Shown: positions 1 to 14,825, numbered from the stretch's first letter. The stretch is 64,000 bases of DNA from Octopus vulgaris (GCA_951406725.2 OX597821.1:111414001-111478000), one strand, 5' to 3'. The notes: generated by a model not told the origin, from the letters alone. A program made the numbers and translations.

Positions 1-350
1 TTCTCTCTCACATCGTATAGCTCTCACATCGTACAGCTCTCACGTCATACAGCTCTCACATCATACAGCTCTCACGTCATACAGTTCTCACATCATACAG
101 CTCTCACGTCATACAGCTCTCACGTCGTACATCTCTTACATCGTACAGCTCTCACATCGTACAGCTCTCACATCATACAGCTCCCACGTCATACAGCTCT
201 CACGTCATACTGCTCTCATGTCATACAGCTCTCACGTCATACAGCTCTCACGTCATACAACTCTCACATCAAAGAGCTCTCACGTCATACAGTTCCCACG
301 TCATACAGTTCTCACGTCATACAGTTCTCACATCATACAGCTCTCACATC
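1..350. repeat. 16-bp minisatellite (GTCATACAGCTCTCAC)n, truncated by window start
   Basis: About 21 adjacent near-identical 16-mers with no spacers. Confidence 0.95.
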
Positions 351-644
351 ACGTACACTACTTCCCATATTGAATGATATACAATTCCTCGAGACATTTT
401 TTTTACTGATTTTATATCATAAAACAGTAGGTATATATAATTAATTATCGTGAGTTTTTTTTCAAAATTCTATAATAATGCTAATTATCTAAGAAAAACC
501 ATTCATTTTGTTTGCTAGTTTCATAATTCGTAATGAAGTTATTATATTCTGGCAATGTCATAAAGCCTAAACGAATTTATAAAAATTCAAAAAAGAAATT
601 AATTTTAGTGATTTTATTTGCCGTGAAAAGTAAAAAAACAAACC

Positions 645-1033
645 TAACGTTTCGGACACTTATACTTCTTCAGAAAGAACTCTAGCATGGCCGCAGTCCA
701 ATGACTGAAACATGTGAAAGATAAAAGATAAAAGATAAAAAAAATAACATAAATGGTAAACCACGTGAAAAGTTACTTCAAGTTTCACCATCAGAAAAGC
801 TATTTTTTCATTTTATTATTTTAAAATCTTTTTGCACATAACGTTTCGGACACTTATACTTCTTCAGAAAGAACTCTAGCATGGCCGCAGTCCAATGACT
901 GAAACATGTGAAAGATAAAAGATAAAAGATAAAAAAAATAACATAAATGGTAAACCACGTGAAAAGTTACTTCAAGTTTCACCATCAGAAAAGCTATTTT
1001 TTTATTTTATTATTTTAAAATCTTTTTGCACAT
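645..1033. repeat. Tandem duplication of ~194 bp (645-838, 839-1033)
   Basis: Both copies start TAACGTTTCGGACACTTATAC and end TTTTTGCACA; each contains a SINE-A 3' tail. Confidence 0.95.
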
Positions 1034-1502
1034 TTTGTTACATTCTTTGAAAGTTTTTAATGAAAATGTGTTGATATAATTCATTTTGAATCCAACCATA
1101 CCTTCAAAGCTAATTTGTTTTCTCGGTTATTGGTTCCAAAGAAGAAAATGACTTCTGCTTAAAAATCGTGATGATATGAAAGAATTTCTATTTGCGAGTT
1201 TACGTGCTTTTTTTTTTCTCAAAGAACATTAGTCTTCGTTCTTATAATTCGCAACGGCAGCTGTAAAAGAATCAACACGTTACTACACACTGAAGACATC
1301 TTCTCCATTCTGCTGGTGACTCCAAAAGTTACCTATTACATACAAGATGCTGTATATTTCTCCAAGACATTTAACATTTATTCTTTATGTTGTTTGTTAT
1401 TTCTATGTTTTGATTTCACACACACATACACACACACACGCGCGAACACACACACAGGCATACGCACACATACACACTCACACACACACACGCATACAAA
1501 TG

Positions 1503-1580
<78 letters not shown>

Positions 1581-1596
1581 CGTGCATGTATGTATG

Positions 1597-1639
<43 letters not shown>

Positions 1640-1862
1640 CTATATGTATATATACATATATATATATACACACACACATACTCACTCACACAAACACATT
1701 CGCTCACTCACACACACACACTCACTCACTCACGCACACACACATATATATATAAAGAAGTGAGATAGAGAAAATGGCGGTCTTTAAAAGTTTGTATTAC
1801 ATATGCGATAGCAGGAAGATACCATGTTTATTAGTTTCCTCTTTAAACAGCTGCCGAACAAA

Positions 1863-1906
<44 letters not shown>

Positions 1907-2171
1907 TACACACACACGTGTGCACACGCACACACATACGCACACATGCAAACACAAAGTAACAAAGAAACAAAAGAAGAAAGCAACAAAACAAAGCAAA
2001 AAAAAAAAAAAAACCAACTTTGGAAAGACGTTAGATTCTTTATTTCTCGAAGATGGAATGTGTAAAAAAAAAAAAGACAAAATTTGAAAAGAAAAACATA
2101 AAAGAAGAAAAAACTAAACAGAAAACAAAACGATGACGAGAACCAATTTGTGTGCGTATGTGTGTGTGTAT

Positions 2172-2211
<40 letters not shown>

Positions 2212-3034
2212 CTGTGTGTGTGTATGTGTGTGTGTGTGTGTGTGTGTATGTGTGTGTGTGTGTGTATGTGTGTGTGTGTGTGTATGTGTGTGTGTGTGTG
2301 TGTGTGTGAGTATGTATATCTATGATAAAAATTAAAAATATAAACAAACTTGGGATTCATTTAAGGGTGGAGATAAGGAACAAGGCCTCGCTAATAGTTT
2401 TCGTAGTCAAAGCATTTTACCAGGGTGGAGTAACTAGTTCCACGTGGGACAGCCAGGAACATTCCAAGGTACTCTTGTCATTCATTACTCACCTTTATGT
2501 TAGGGTAGGAGGGTGGGGGCTTGATAGGGAGGGTGGGAATTTGCCATTACAAACTGATAAATATAGGTGTGCGTATATAGTTGTCTTTATATTTAAACTG
2601 TACTTGTTATGTATATATGTGATTGTTATGTAAGTGTGCGCACGCGTATGAGCTTGTGTGTGTGTGTGTTTTTTGTGTGCGTGAATGTTAATGAATTTAT
2701 GAGTATGTACGTGTGTTGTTGAATGCTTATGTGAGAGTATTTGCTAAAGCGCTTGTCTACACACGCGTGCATAAAGATCTGGGCGCGCCTGTGCTGGAGT
2801 GTGTAAATATACGATGATGAATAACACAAATATAATGTATATATAGCTGTTTGCATATATATATATATAGATATATAGATATATGTATGATGTGTTCATA
2901 TTAAGGTGCGCGCACACACACACACACATATGTATTGTTGTAGCTGTGCGTATATATATTTGAGTGTGTTTATATATAATTGCACCTGAATCCTTCCCGG
3001 GAGATGTGTGAATATGTCTATGGCATTCCATTTA

Positions 3035-3069
<35 letters not shown>

Positions 3070-3092
3070 CTCTCTCTCTCTATCTCTCTCTT

Positions 3093-3156
<64 letters not shown>

Positions 3157-3185
3157 CACATGTGCGTATACACATATACACATAT

Positions 3186-3233
<48 letters not shown>

Positions 3234-3477
3234 ACAAGCATTTTATATATGAACATATACATGTATACACACACAAGCACACACACGGACACACGGACAC
3301 ACGGACACACGGACACACGGACACACGGACACATACATATATAAACACATAGGCACACGTATATAAATGAAAATTGTTTGTGATGCTTTTAAAATACAAG
3401 GGCGTCAAGACAGATGTGAATCCGGTGAGATTACTCACACACACATACACACACAAATACATTAACACACATATGTG

Positions 3478-3576
<99 letters not shown>

Positions 3577-3754
3577 GTATATATTATAAGTATATAAGCA
3601 CAAAACGTATATTCCTACACACACGTATTTAAATCTCTCTGCGCACATGTGTATATAAAGATATTTGTTCTTGATATATACATACATATGCATACAGACA
3701 CACAGACACACACACACATGTGTATATATATAATCACACATACATTCATATATA

Positions 3755-3803
<49 letters not shown>

Positions 3804-3819
3804 CTATAGGGATACATGT

Positions 3820-3884
<65 letters not shown>

Positions 3885-3926
3885 CTTAGATATACATATA
3901 CACATACATATACATACATATAAATA

Positions 3927-3975
<49 letters not shown>

Positions 3976-5606
3976 TATATGAACATAAGGAAAACACAAA
4001 GTCATACACAATATACGCACAAATGTATACATACACAAATACATACACTCATACACACATATATATATATATATATATATACATACTCGCAAGAAAAGAA
4101 GGTGGAGGATGTAAGGAGGAAGAGTATTCCTCTGTTTGCATACTCCTATACTCCTGTGTGATTACGCGTATTTGTGTATATATAAGACTGTGTATGCGGT
4201 GTGTATGTATGCGTAGAGCAAACAAATTATTTTCGCACAGCCAACACAAAACATACACGCACACACATACACTCGCTCGCAAACACACACCAACACATCT
4301 ATAATATATTCACAAACGATATAAGAATGAAAATACCTGAGATAAAATTCTTAAAGGAGTGGCGCATTTTATTGTTGTCTTTGAAAAGAATCAATTATAG
4401 AACTAAACCGAAGCTAAAGAGAAAAAGATTCTGAAGTTATTTATACCAAACAAAAGCCGTTCTTATTAATATCAGTGCCTTCAATGGTGGATTGCGCCAG
4501 AAGAGAGCGGAGCGCTTTTTATCAAAGCAGTCTTGACGATTAAGTTTAAACGTGGCGTGTGTAGGTATTAATAAATGGTAAATCCTTATTTAAACTTAAA
4601 GGGATAAGAAGAACACGATTCAAGTTTTGCAACTGTGTTGTCATAGCATCGAAATATTTTTAGCAATGCCGTATTTCTTAAGACGGTTTAGAACATCCTT
4701 CATAAAAGGTAATTATTATAATTATTATAACCGCCAGTATCTGTGGAAATTCAATGGTTATTTTGGAAATTATACATTTTTCAAAAGCATTTGATCTTGG
4801 AGATGTTGTAAAAACCACATAGGTAGTACTAAAGGTGCAATCTTAAGAACCAACATCTCTGAAAGCTAGATTCTAATATCCTCCACTTTATAAGTTGTTA
4901 TCTATTATTTTTGGTTTTACGTTAAAAATGAGATGGTGTTGACTAGTATAGCATTTTCGATTCCCACATCCTCTTCAATAAACATTCATTCTCTTTCTTT
5001 CTCTCAAACGCACACTCACTGTTTCCTTTACTCTCTCTTTCTCCTTTTCACCCATTCTCTTTGCTTCTCCTTTCAAATATACAACATCTCCGCCCCTAAT
5101 CACATTCTCTTCCCCTCTCTCTCTCTCTCTCTCTCATTCCATTCTCCCCTCAACGTACCTCGTCACAGCGTCACACATTTGATCTTAGCGGTTTAATACA
5201 GAGATTATTCTTTGTAGTTGTAACATTAAAAAAAAATTTCATTCGATTCTTTTACCAAAAATTACGCGGACAATATCGAATAATAAATAATTCCTTTTGA
5301 AAAATAATCATATTATCCAGTGAAATTCACTAAAAAAGGCGGGTGGACTGGTGCTTAAAGAGGTTGGCTTCTCGGTCTCTAAGATCGTGGGTTCAATTTG
5401 GGGAGCGAATACATGGTGTTCTTGTCCGCTCGATTGAAAATGAGCAGCACTAACCAAAGGCTGGTTCTAAGCTACCTCTGTTTCTCTCTTCAAAGTCCTG
5501 TATTTTCCATCGGGTCAAAAGTGAGAGAGCCGAGAGTATATCAATGTCTGCTCGTGACTACACAGGCACTTAAAACAATCAATGAAAGCATGTTACGTGC
5601 TACCAA

Positions 5607-6105
<499 letters not shown>

Positions 6106-6159
6106 ATATATATATATATATATATGATTGATGATACACATTGCTTACTGGTACCTACA

Positions 6160-6196
<37 letters not shown>

Positions 6197-6199
<3 letters not shown>

Positions 6200-6583
6200 C
6201 TTCAGTCATTAGACTGCGGCCATGGTGTGGCACCACCTTTAAAATTTTTAGTCAAATGAATCGGCCTTCAGTACGTTATTTTTAAAGCCTGGTACTTATT
6301 CTATCAGTCTCTCTTGCCGAACCGCAGGTTGCAATGGCGTAAACACAACAACACCGGTTACCAAGCGGTGACGGGTACAAACACAGACACAAAATCACAT
6401 ATATACGCATGCATGTATATACGAAGAGATTCCTTCAGTTTCCATCTACCAAATCCACTCACAAGGCTTTGGTCGGCCCAGGGCTATTGTAGAAGACGTT
6501 TGTCCAAGGTGCTACGCAGGGGGACTGAACCTGGAACCATGTGGTTGGGAAGCAAACTTTTTCCCACACAGCTGCGTCTGCGC
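6197..6583 (-). mobile_element. SINE family A
   Basis: Reverse complement of the 5703 copy. Confidence 0.88.
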
Positions 6584-7230
6584 CAGTCAGAAATAAGATC
6601 TGTCTTTTGAGTGAGCGGGAATTAGTGTTAAGAGACGTTTCCGGATATTAGTTTAAAGAAGCGGGATAATCCGGCACTTGTTTCTTCTTCACGTCCTTTT
6701 TCAAGACTTTGACCTAATTGTGAAAAACTAAAAAGTGCTGCCATAGACACCGAATATTCGAGAAAATATTGGCATACTTGGCTATCGTGTTACACATGAA
6801 GTGGAATATTTATGTTCCACCAAATATATGTTTGTCATTCAATGTGTGTTTGCTATATTATGTAACACACAACATCGCACAGCTGTTTCACTGGACGGAA
6901 CAACGAAGAAGCGATCGCTTTGCTAGAAATAGCAGCAAAACTTCCTCTCAAAATACACCATAGTGTCTAAAATAAAGAAAAGACATGTTAGATTTCCCGA
7001 AAGATTCTGTTAAAAGATACTCGTAAAAAAGTCGGTATGATCCCATCTGAAATATCTTTCATAATAACTTTATTCGATGAGGATTAAGAGCAAACAACAA
7101 CGACCAAAGAAGCAGTCATCGAACTACTAGAAACAGCTGCTAAATCTCCCTCATGTCATACACTTTGCCGCCTTAAAGAAAGGCGGGGTATTAAAGTCAC
7201 TATGTTTACATATATATATATAGATAGATT

Positions 7231-7313
<83 letters not shown>

Positions 7314-7314
7314 G

Positions 7315-7487
7315 TACTCTTTACTCTTTTACTTGTTTCGGTCATTTGACTGCGGCCATGCTGGAGCACAGCCTTGGTTGGCCCGAGGCTATAGTAGAAG
7401 ACACTTGCCCAAGGTGCCACGCAGTGGGACTGAACTCGGAACCGTGTGGTTGGCAAGCAAGCTACTTACCACACAGCCACTCCTGCG

Positions 7488-7490
<3 letters not shown>
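7315..7490 (-). mobile_element. SINE family A, internally deleted
   Basis: Head joined directly to tail. Confidence 0.85.
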
Positions 7491-7532
<42 letters not shown>

Positions 7533-7725
7533 TTACACATACACACACGCACATATATGTGTCTATAAATATATATATATGTGTATGTGTGTGTGTTTAA
7601 ATAGGACAAACGTACATATATTATATATGTGTGTTGTGCGTAGTTTTAAAGGACCACTCTGAGTGTTCGTGACTGGGTTATAGATCTACTCAAACAGAGG
7701 TGACCTGAAGCTAAACAACAACAGC

Positions 7726-7777
<52 letters not shown>

Positions 7778-7827
7778 CACACATACACACATATATACGT
7801 ACATTTTTCATTATTTGATTGTTTCTC

Positions 7828-7985
7828 TTCTGAGTTCAAATTCTGCCGAGGTCGAGTTTGCCTTTCATCCTTTCGGGGGGGGGGGGGCGATAAATTTAGT
7901 ACCAATTGCGTACTGGGGTCGATCTAACCGACTTGACCTCTCCCCCCAAATTTCGGGCCTTGTGCCCTAGAATGGAAAAGATTAT
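7828..7985 (+). mobile_element. SINE family B1 (Meta/MESC-like central domain), 5' truncated
   Basis: TTCTGAGTTCAAATTC..GCCTTTCATCCTTTCGGG..GATAAA..AGTACC..GGGCCTTGTGCC. Confidence 0.8.
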
Positions 7986-8544
7986 TTGACTGTTCCTCGA
8001 TTACTGCTTATAGTCATATTCTTCACTTACAGACAGCAGAAAAGGAAGACGCACCACGTTAAATAATGTGATTGGTGCAGGTATGGCTGAGTGGTTAAGC
8101 AACTTGCTTTGCATCCACATGGTTTTCGGTCCAATTCTATTGCATGGCACCTAGATTAAAAGTATTCTTCACTTACAGACAGCAGAACTGTCTAGAACCG
8201 ATGCCAGAAACATCAAAAGTTATAATTTCTGAGAAAATTACCATTTCTAAATCTCACAACGTGAGATATTCAGCAACAGTACTTTGTAGTAAAGATTGTT
8301 TACCAACATAACATGGCAGTCCTGGTTTAGGATGAATGTTGCTGTAATTTAGCAAAATCAAACAAAAACCCCAAAATAAATAAATAAAATTATCTTTATA
8401 TTCTAGTCAGGCTGGGAGGTCGGATATGGATGGATCATTTATGTGGTAGTGTGATCTGCTGAAAACAGGAGCCAAATCTCCCTCAAATCACGTCGCTACT
8501 GTCTTAGAAAAGGAAGACGCACCACGTTAAATAATGTGATTGGT

Positions 8545-8925
8545 GCAGGTATGGCTGAGTGGTTAAGCAACTTGCTTTGCATCCACATGGTTTCCGGTTC
8601 AATTCTATTGCATGGCACCTAGATTAAAAGTGTCTTCTATTATAGCCCCGGACCGATCAATATCTTCTGTGTGAGTTTGGTAGCTGGAAACTGCGTGGTA
8701 GCCCGACGTGTGTATATATTTGTGTGTGTTTGTTTGTGTCCTTGTCTTTGTCATCGCCATCGCATGAGAACCAGTGTTGGTTTGTTTACGTTCCCATAAT
8801 CTAGCTGTTCGTCGGCAGAAACCGATTGAATAAGTACCTGAGTCGATTTGTTCGAGTAAGTCGTTCAAGGCGGTGCTCTAGCATGGCCGCAGTTTTATGA
8901 CTGAACGAAACAAAAAGCAAAAGGT
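8545..8925 (+). mobile_element. SINE family A, diverged
   Basis: Head, body and tail align by eye to the 5703 copy. Confidence 0.8.
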
Positions 8926-9011
8926 AAAGATGATGTGATAAATAGGTACACTATTCCTTGTAAAATAAATGGGACTGTCATGGTTGGAATGCCTCTGATT
9001 ATTGTGTTGCT

Positions 9012-9216
9012 TGGGCCATTAAGGAGACATGTAGTGTGGGAGATGTGCACGCCCTAATTGAACAGTAGCAGGAGATGCAGGTTATGCCTGGCCGAGAAAA
9101 GAACTATTTTAAAGAACTCTCTTTACTACCTAAACTGCAAGAGCGGGGTTTTCGGCTCCTGTCCACACGAACGGCGATATATGCTCGGTTACCTAAAGGC
9201 TCCACAAGGATTATAA
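9012..9216 (+). pseudogene. Penelope-like element, GIY-YIG endonuclease C-terminal remnant
   Basis: Manual translation W-AIKE..SSRRCRLCLAEKRTILKNSLYYLNCKSGVFGSCPHERRYML..* fits the PLE CxLCLxEK...LNxRSE...CxH C-terminus; in-frame stop and frameshift upstream. Confidence 0.75.
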
Positions 9217-9600
9217 ATGACAGGACTACCACCACTATTCTTGCCACCACCACAACCTGAGGGTCCAGTTTAATATTGACCATACTCCATCCAACTACAC
9301 ACGCATCGACATGAATACATATATGCATCCAGACGCAGGTTTAAAGATTTGGGTGTCTGTTTCATCCCCACGTTCCAAAACCCGTCTACACACATACAAA
9401 ACACATATCACCCGCCCGTAACACCCTCCCCACACAAAGATTTTTGGTGGGGGCAAGGGACACAAACTTTTGATAGAGCCCCTTCCCTAATCGTTTCCAA
9501 CGGGGGTTCGTTTCCATCTTTTTCACAGCACTCACAAACCGTATGTAGTACTCTTTAACATCCTGTAGCAAGGAGTTGTCGCCATTGTTTTCCATACCAG

Positions 9601-9683
9601 ATACTCTGATGAGCGCAGTTTAAGATAACCACCTAATATCCTGTGCGAAACCGATTGGCACGACCAGCTGAACGGTATGAGTA
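9601..9683 (+). ncRNA. Hammerhead ribozyme (type I) in a Penelope terminal repeat, stem I imperfect
   Basis: CTGATGA-GCGCAG..CTGTGC-GAAA-CCG..CGG-TA; stems II and III pair. Confidence 0.7.
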
Positions 9684-9919
9684 ATGGCTTATACTTTGAT
9701 TAATATGCCCACTCTGCTGACAAATTTACGTTTTTCTAACTTATGGATCTTAGACGACTACACGCGCGCGCACACACACATACACACACACACACTCATA
9801 TATGTATGTTTATGTATATATGTGTATTCATGTATATGTGTATATAAATATATATTTATGTATACATATACATAGGTATCTATACACACGTAAGCCTACA
9901 CACAGAGAGTCAAATACAT

Positions 9920-9951
<32 letters not shown>

Positions 9952-10003
9952 ACATACATATAGACATACACACATATATATATATATACACACACACATA
10001 CAC

Positions 10004-10061
<58 letters not shown>

Positions 10062-10064
10062 AGG

Positions 10065-10310
10065 TGGAGGCGCGTGGCTTAGTGGTTAGATTGTTGGACT
10101 CATGATCGTAAGAGTGTGGTTTCGATTCCTGGACCGGGTGATGCGATGTGTTCTTGAGCAAAACACTTCATTTCACGTTGCTCCAGTTCACTCACCTGGC
10201 AAAAGTAAGTAACCCTGAAACGGACTAGTGTCCCAACCAGGTGGGGAATTTATACGCCATGGAAACCAGGAATCTGGCCCTTATGAGCCTGGCATGGCTC
10301 CAGAAGGAAA
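10065..10310 (+). mobile_element. SINE family D (tRNA head, CORE-like domain)
   Basis: GGAGGCGCGTGGCTTAGTGGTTAG (A box), GGTTTCGATTCC (B box), TGTTCTTGAGCAAAACACTT. Confidence 0.85.
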
Positions 10311-10351
10311 CACTTCACTATATAAGTATACATACATACATACATATATAT

Positions 10352-10437
<86 letters not shown>

Positions 10438-10457
10438 GTGTATATATATATATATAT

Positions 10458-10738
10458 AGGGAGAGTTAACGAAAAAAACAAAAGACGAAGACAGGTGGCG
10501 TACAAAACAAACAGATGTATTAGTATATATATATATTGATAGATCGTTAGCTCCTACACGCATTTTTTTCTCTCCTTGTTTCTCTCCTTGTTTTTTTCTG
10601 TGTATCTTTCTGTCGAAGAGCGTAGGCTCGAAATGTAAAAGACTTGTTCTATTTCTATTCCTGAGCGCTATACTAATACAATTGTTTGTTTGTACTCCAC
10701 CTGCCTTCGTCTTTTGTTTATTTTCGTAAACCTTCCGG
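10458..10738 (+). mobile_element. Penelope-type terminal repeat family P1 (10536-10738) with an inverted partial copy (10458-10527), flanked by (TA)n
   Basis: Inverted arms; hammerhead-like motif at 10605-10642; homologues at 21730-21932(-) and 35096-35255(+). Confidence 0.65.
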
Positions 10739-10800
<62 letters not shown>

Positions 10801-11542
10801 ATACATACATATATATGTATACATACATATATATACATACATATACACATACATACATACATGCATACATATATAAATATATACCTATATATATATATAT
10901 TCGCAGAAACAGGAGCGCATATGTATCTTTGTCATATGTCTCTGAGTTTCCTTACTAAGTCAGCAAGTTTCTGCTGGGTTATCTGGAAGTGGTAGAATTC
11001 CTTAATTTTATTCCTGCGTCGATTCTCATAGAATCCTGACAGACAGTATTGAATGCAGCGTCTGAGAGCAAGGCTACTTTGATATCTTCTCTGGTTTCAG
11101 GCGTAACTCACAACACTAACGTTCTCAAGTGTCACACACACACACAAGAAGGTCACACACGCACTCACACACACACACACACACGCATAAATACGGTGTG
11201 ACATTAATGAAATTGGATGAGGTCGGTTTCATGAGATACCATGTCAAAAATTCCACTGGCTAAAACATGTACATTCGTATGTGTATACTTAGTTATATAC
11301 ACTCCTAGTTACATACACACACACAAATGCATACATACAAAATGCAAATACTTACATATATATATATCCACAAATGTATACAACATGTACACACACACAC
11401 AAAACACAAACACGCTCACACATGCATGTGTAAATACACGTCAGACCTATATACAGACATGTGCGATAGCGTAAATGTTATATATTTCGATGTAATTATT
11501 AATATATATATATGTGTATACACACCTCTCTCTCTCAATGTC

Positions 11543-11647
<105 letters not shown>

Positions 11648-11930
11648 ATGCATACATACATAATATATATATATATATAATATATATATACACATACATA
11701 CACACACATATATATATATATAATATATATATATATACATACATATATATATATATCTGTCCATTCATTCAAGCTCATATATAACATATATAACATATGT
11801 ATACATACATACATACGTATATATATATATATTTAAACATAATAAATAATAATAGGGTAATAAGAAATCATTATTACCAGTGGCCTAGCACAACAACGAA
11901 TTAGTCATTAGACTATATATTATTCACATA

Positions 11931-12210
11931 GAAATACAATAAGAGGCTTCCAAATAGGAAAGCCTTGTGCTAGAAAAGAGCAGTAGAAAACTCAACCACC
12001 AAATAAGGATAAATTTTCGAAAGGAATGAAAATTAAAAACCATCTCAGTTATCTCCCAGACCATGGTTTCTAACTATTTCCAGCAAAATAATTGAGATGG
12101 TAAACGTTTTTAATTTTCATTCCTTTCGAAAATTTATCCTTATTTGGTGGTTTTGAGTTTTCTACTGCTCTTTCCAGCACAAGGCTTTCCTATTTGGAAG
12201 CCTCTTACTG

Positions 12211-12216
<6 letters not shown>
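11931..12216. repeat. Inverted repeat with ~120-bp arms, abutting (TA)n
   Basis: AAATACAATAAGAGGCTTCCAAATAGG.. versus ..CCTATTTGGAAGCCTCTTACTGTATTT. Confidence 0.9.
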
Positions 12217-12290
<74 letters not shown>

Positions 12291-12300
12291 CAATAAGAGG

Positions 12301-12349
<49 letters not shown>

Positions 12350-12357
12350 GTGTGTGT

Positions 12358-12650
12358 GGGGCACAATGGCCCAGTGGTTAGGGCCGCGGTCTCGTGGTTG
12401 TAGGATCGCAATTCCCAGGCCGGGCGTTGTGAGTGTTTATCGAGCGAAAACACCTAAAGCTCCACAAGGCTTCGGCAGGGGGTGGTAGCGATCCCTGCTG
12501 TACTCTTTCGCCACAACTTTCTCTCACCCTTTCTTCTGTTGGCCTGCTCGCTTAGCCAGCGGAATGGCTTCGTTTGAAGGCTAAAACAATACGATGCGCA
12601 TTGTGACCAGCGATGTGTATCAACATCTGATAGCCTGGTCGGTCACTGTG
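12358..12650 (+). mobile_element. SINE family C (tRNA-derived head)
   Basis: GGGGCACAATGGCCCAGTGGTTAGGGC..GAGCGAAAACACCTAAAGCTCCAC; homologues at 17139 and 47661(-). Confidence 0.85.
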
Positions 12651-12713
12651 ATATATATATATATATATCTGTCCATACATACAAGCTCATATATAACAAC
12701 GTAGGTACATATG

Positions 12714-12797
<84 letters not shown>

Positions 12798-12878
12798 TTG
12801 ATAGATAGACATATACATTGACAGATAGATATAGGGATAGCTGGAGGTAGATGTAGATATAGTGATCGATACATAGAT

Positions 12879-12913
<35 letters not shown>

Positions 12914-13110
12914 AACACACTTTTATGTGTTTATAATCTTTGATCGTCTATAACTCTTTTCCTGTCACGTGGACACAAATATATTGTAGAAATGCGTAAA
13001 CACGTTCATTGACAAATATATGTATATATATATATATATATATACATATATATGTATATATATATATATGTATATATATGTATATATATATATGTATGTA
13101 TATATATATG

Positions 13111-13150
<40 letters not shown>

Positions 13151-13312
13151 TATATAATTAGACACACGCACATATATATATATGTACATATATATACATA
13201 TATATATATACATATAAATATAAATACACACACATATATATATATAAATACATAATACTATATATATATATATGTATATATATGTATGTATATATATATA
13301 TATAGTATTATG

Positions 13313-13375
<63 letters not shown>

Positions 13376-13386
13376 CTCTTAGAAGA

Positions 13387-13428
<42 letters not shown>

Positions 13429-13503
13429 GTATATATATATTACCATGTACACATACGTATCTGTCTGTCTGTATGTATAATATAAGTATATATATGTATG
13501 TAT

Positions 13504-13558
<55 letters not shown>

Positions 13559-13884
13559 TCATGTGTGTACACATGCATCTATATAACACACACTATAAAC
13601 ACACACTCACATACACACGCCCATGACGCACGTATACCGTATACGTGTGTATATAAGTGACATGCACACAACGTACGTAAGTATAAACCACACACTCACA
13701 CACATACACACACACACGCCCGCGCACACGCGCCCGCGTGTGTGTGCGTGTGTGTGTGTGTGTGTGTGTAGAAAGACGCAAAGAAGAAAGCAGGACAAGA
13801 TATATATTTCTCCGGATGTCACGCGCTGGAGAATTAACGATGGAGGAAAAATCATGAAAATTTAATTCACAGCCAACTTTAGTG

Positions 13885-13915
13885 TCGCTATCGTCTGCTA
13901 CTACTGTTGCTGTTA

Positions 13916-13952
<37 letters not shown>

Positions 13953-14183
13953 TCTTTTTGGTCGTCGCTATTGCTGCTGCTGCTGCTGCTGTTGTTGCTG
14001 TTGTTGCTGTTGTTGTTGTTACTGCATCTGTTGCTGCTGCTGCCGCTGCTGCCGCTGCAGCCAATGATGCCGCTGTTGTTGTTTTTGTTGCAGCAGCAGC
14101 AGCAACCACCACCATCACCACCACCACCACAACAACAACAACAACTACTACTACTACTACTACTACTGCTACTGGTGCTGCTG

Positions 14184-14218
<35 letters not shown>

Positions 14219-14253
14219 GCTGCTGCTGCTACTACTACTACTACTACTACTAC

Positions 14254-14291
<38 letters not shown>

Positions 14292-14406
14292 CTCTGCTGC
14301 TGCTGCTACTACTACTGCCACTGCTGCTGCTGCAGCTACTACTACTACTACTACTACTACTGCTACTGCTGCTGCTGCTGCTGCTGCTGCTACTACTACT
14401 ACTACA

Positions 14407-14460
<54 letters not shown>

Positions 14461-14592
14461 GCTAATGTTGCTGCTGCTGCTACTACTATTGCTGCTGCTG
14501 CTGCTGCTACTACTACTACTACTACAACTACTACTACTACTACTACTACTACTACTGCTGCTACCACTACCACTGCTGCTGCTGCTGCAGCA

Positions 14593-14631
<39 letters not shown>

Positions 14632-14632
14632 G
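13885..14632. repeat. Compound (GCT)n/(ACT)n/(GTT)n microsatellite
   Basis: Direct inspection. Confidence 0.97.
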
Positions 14633-14825
14633 GTGCCACCGTGTCCGCCCCTTAGTGCTCGCTCGACCAGATTTTCTTCGTATCACTGTCAACTGTATTG
14701 ATAATAGGAAGGTCGCTTGGGACATGATAGTTATAAGATACGCAAAGCCTGATAAACACAAGTATAGTGTATCTAGAAATCACGGTCTGTGCCTCAGCTC
14801 CAGCACATTTCTGAGCATCATCTGT

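Noticed and set aside
1-350. CRISPR-like array
   Set aside because: 16-bp units abut with no unique spacers; eukaryotic context; no cas genes
4760-4800. FSKAFD, an RT-like peptide
   Set aside because: Isolated six-residue match with no neighbouring RT motifs
13907-14701. Poly-Ala/Thr/Leu or Cys-rich protein
   Set aside because: Pure trinucleotide repeat
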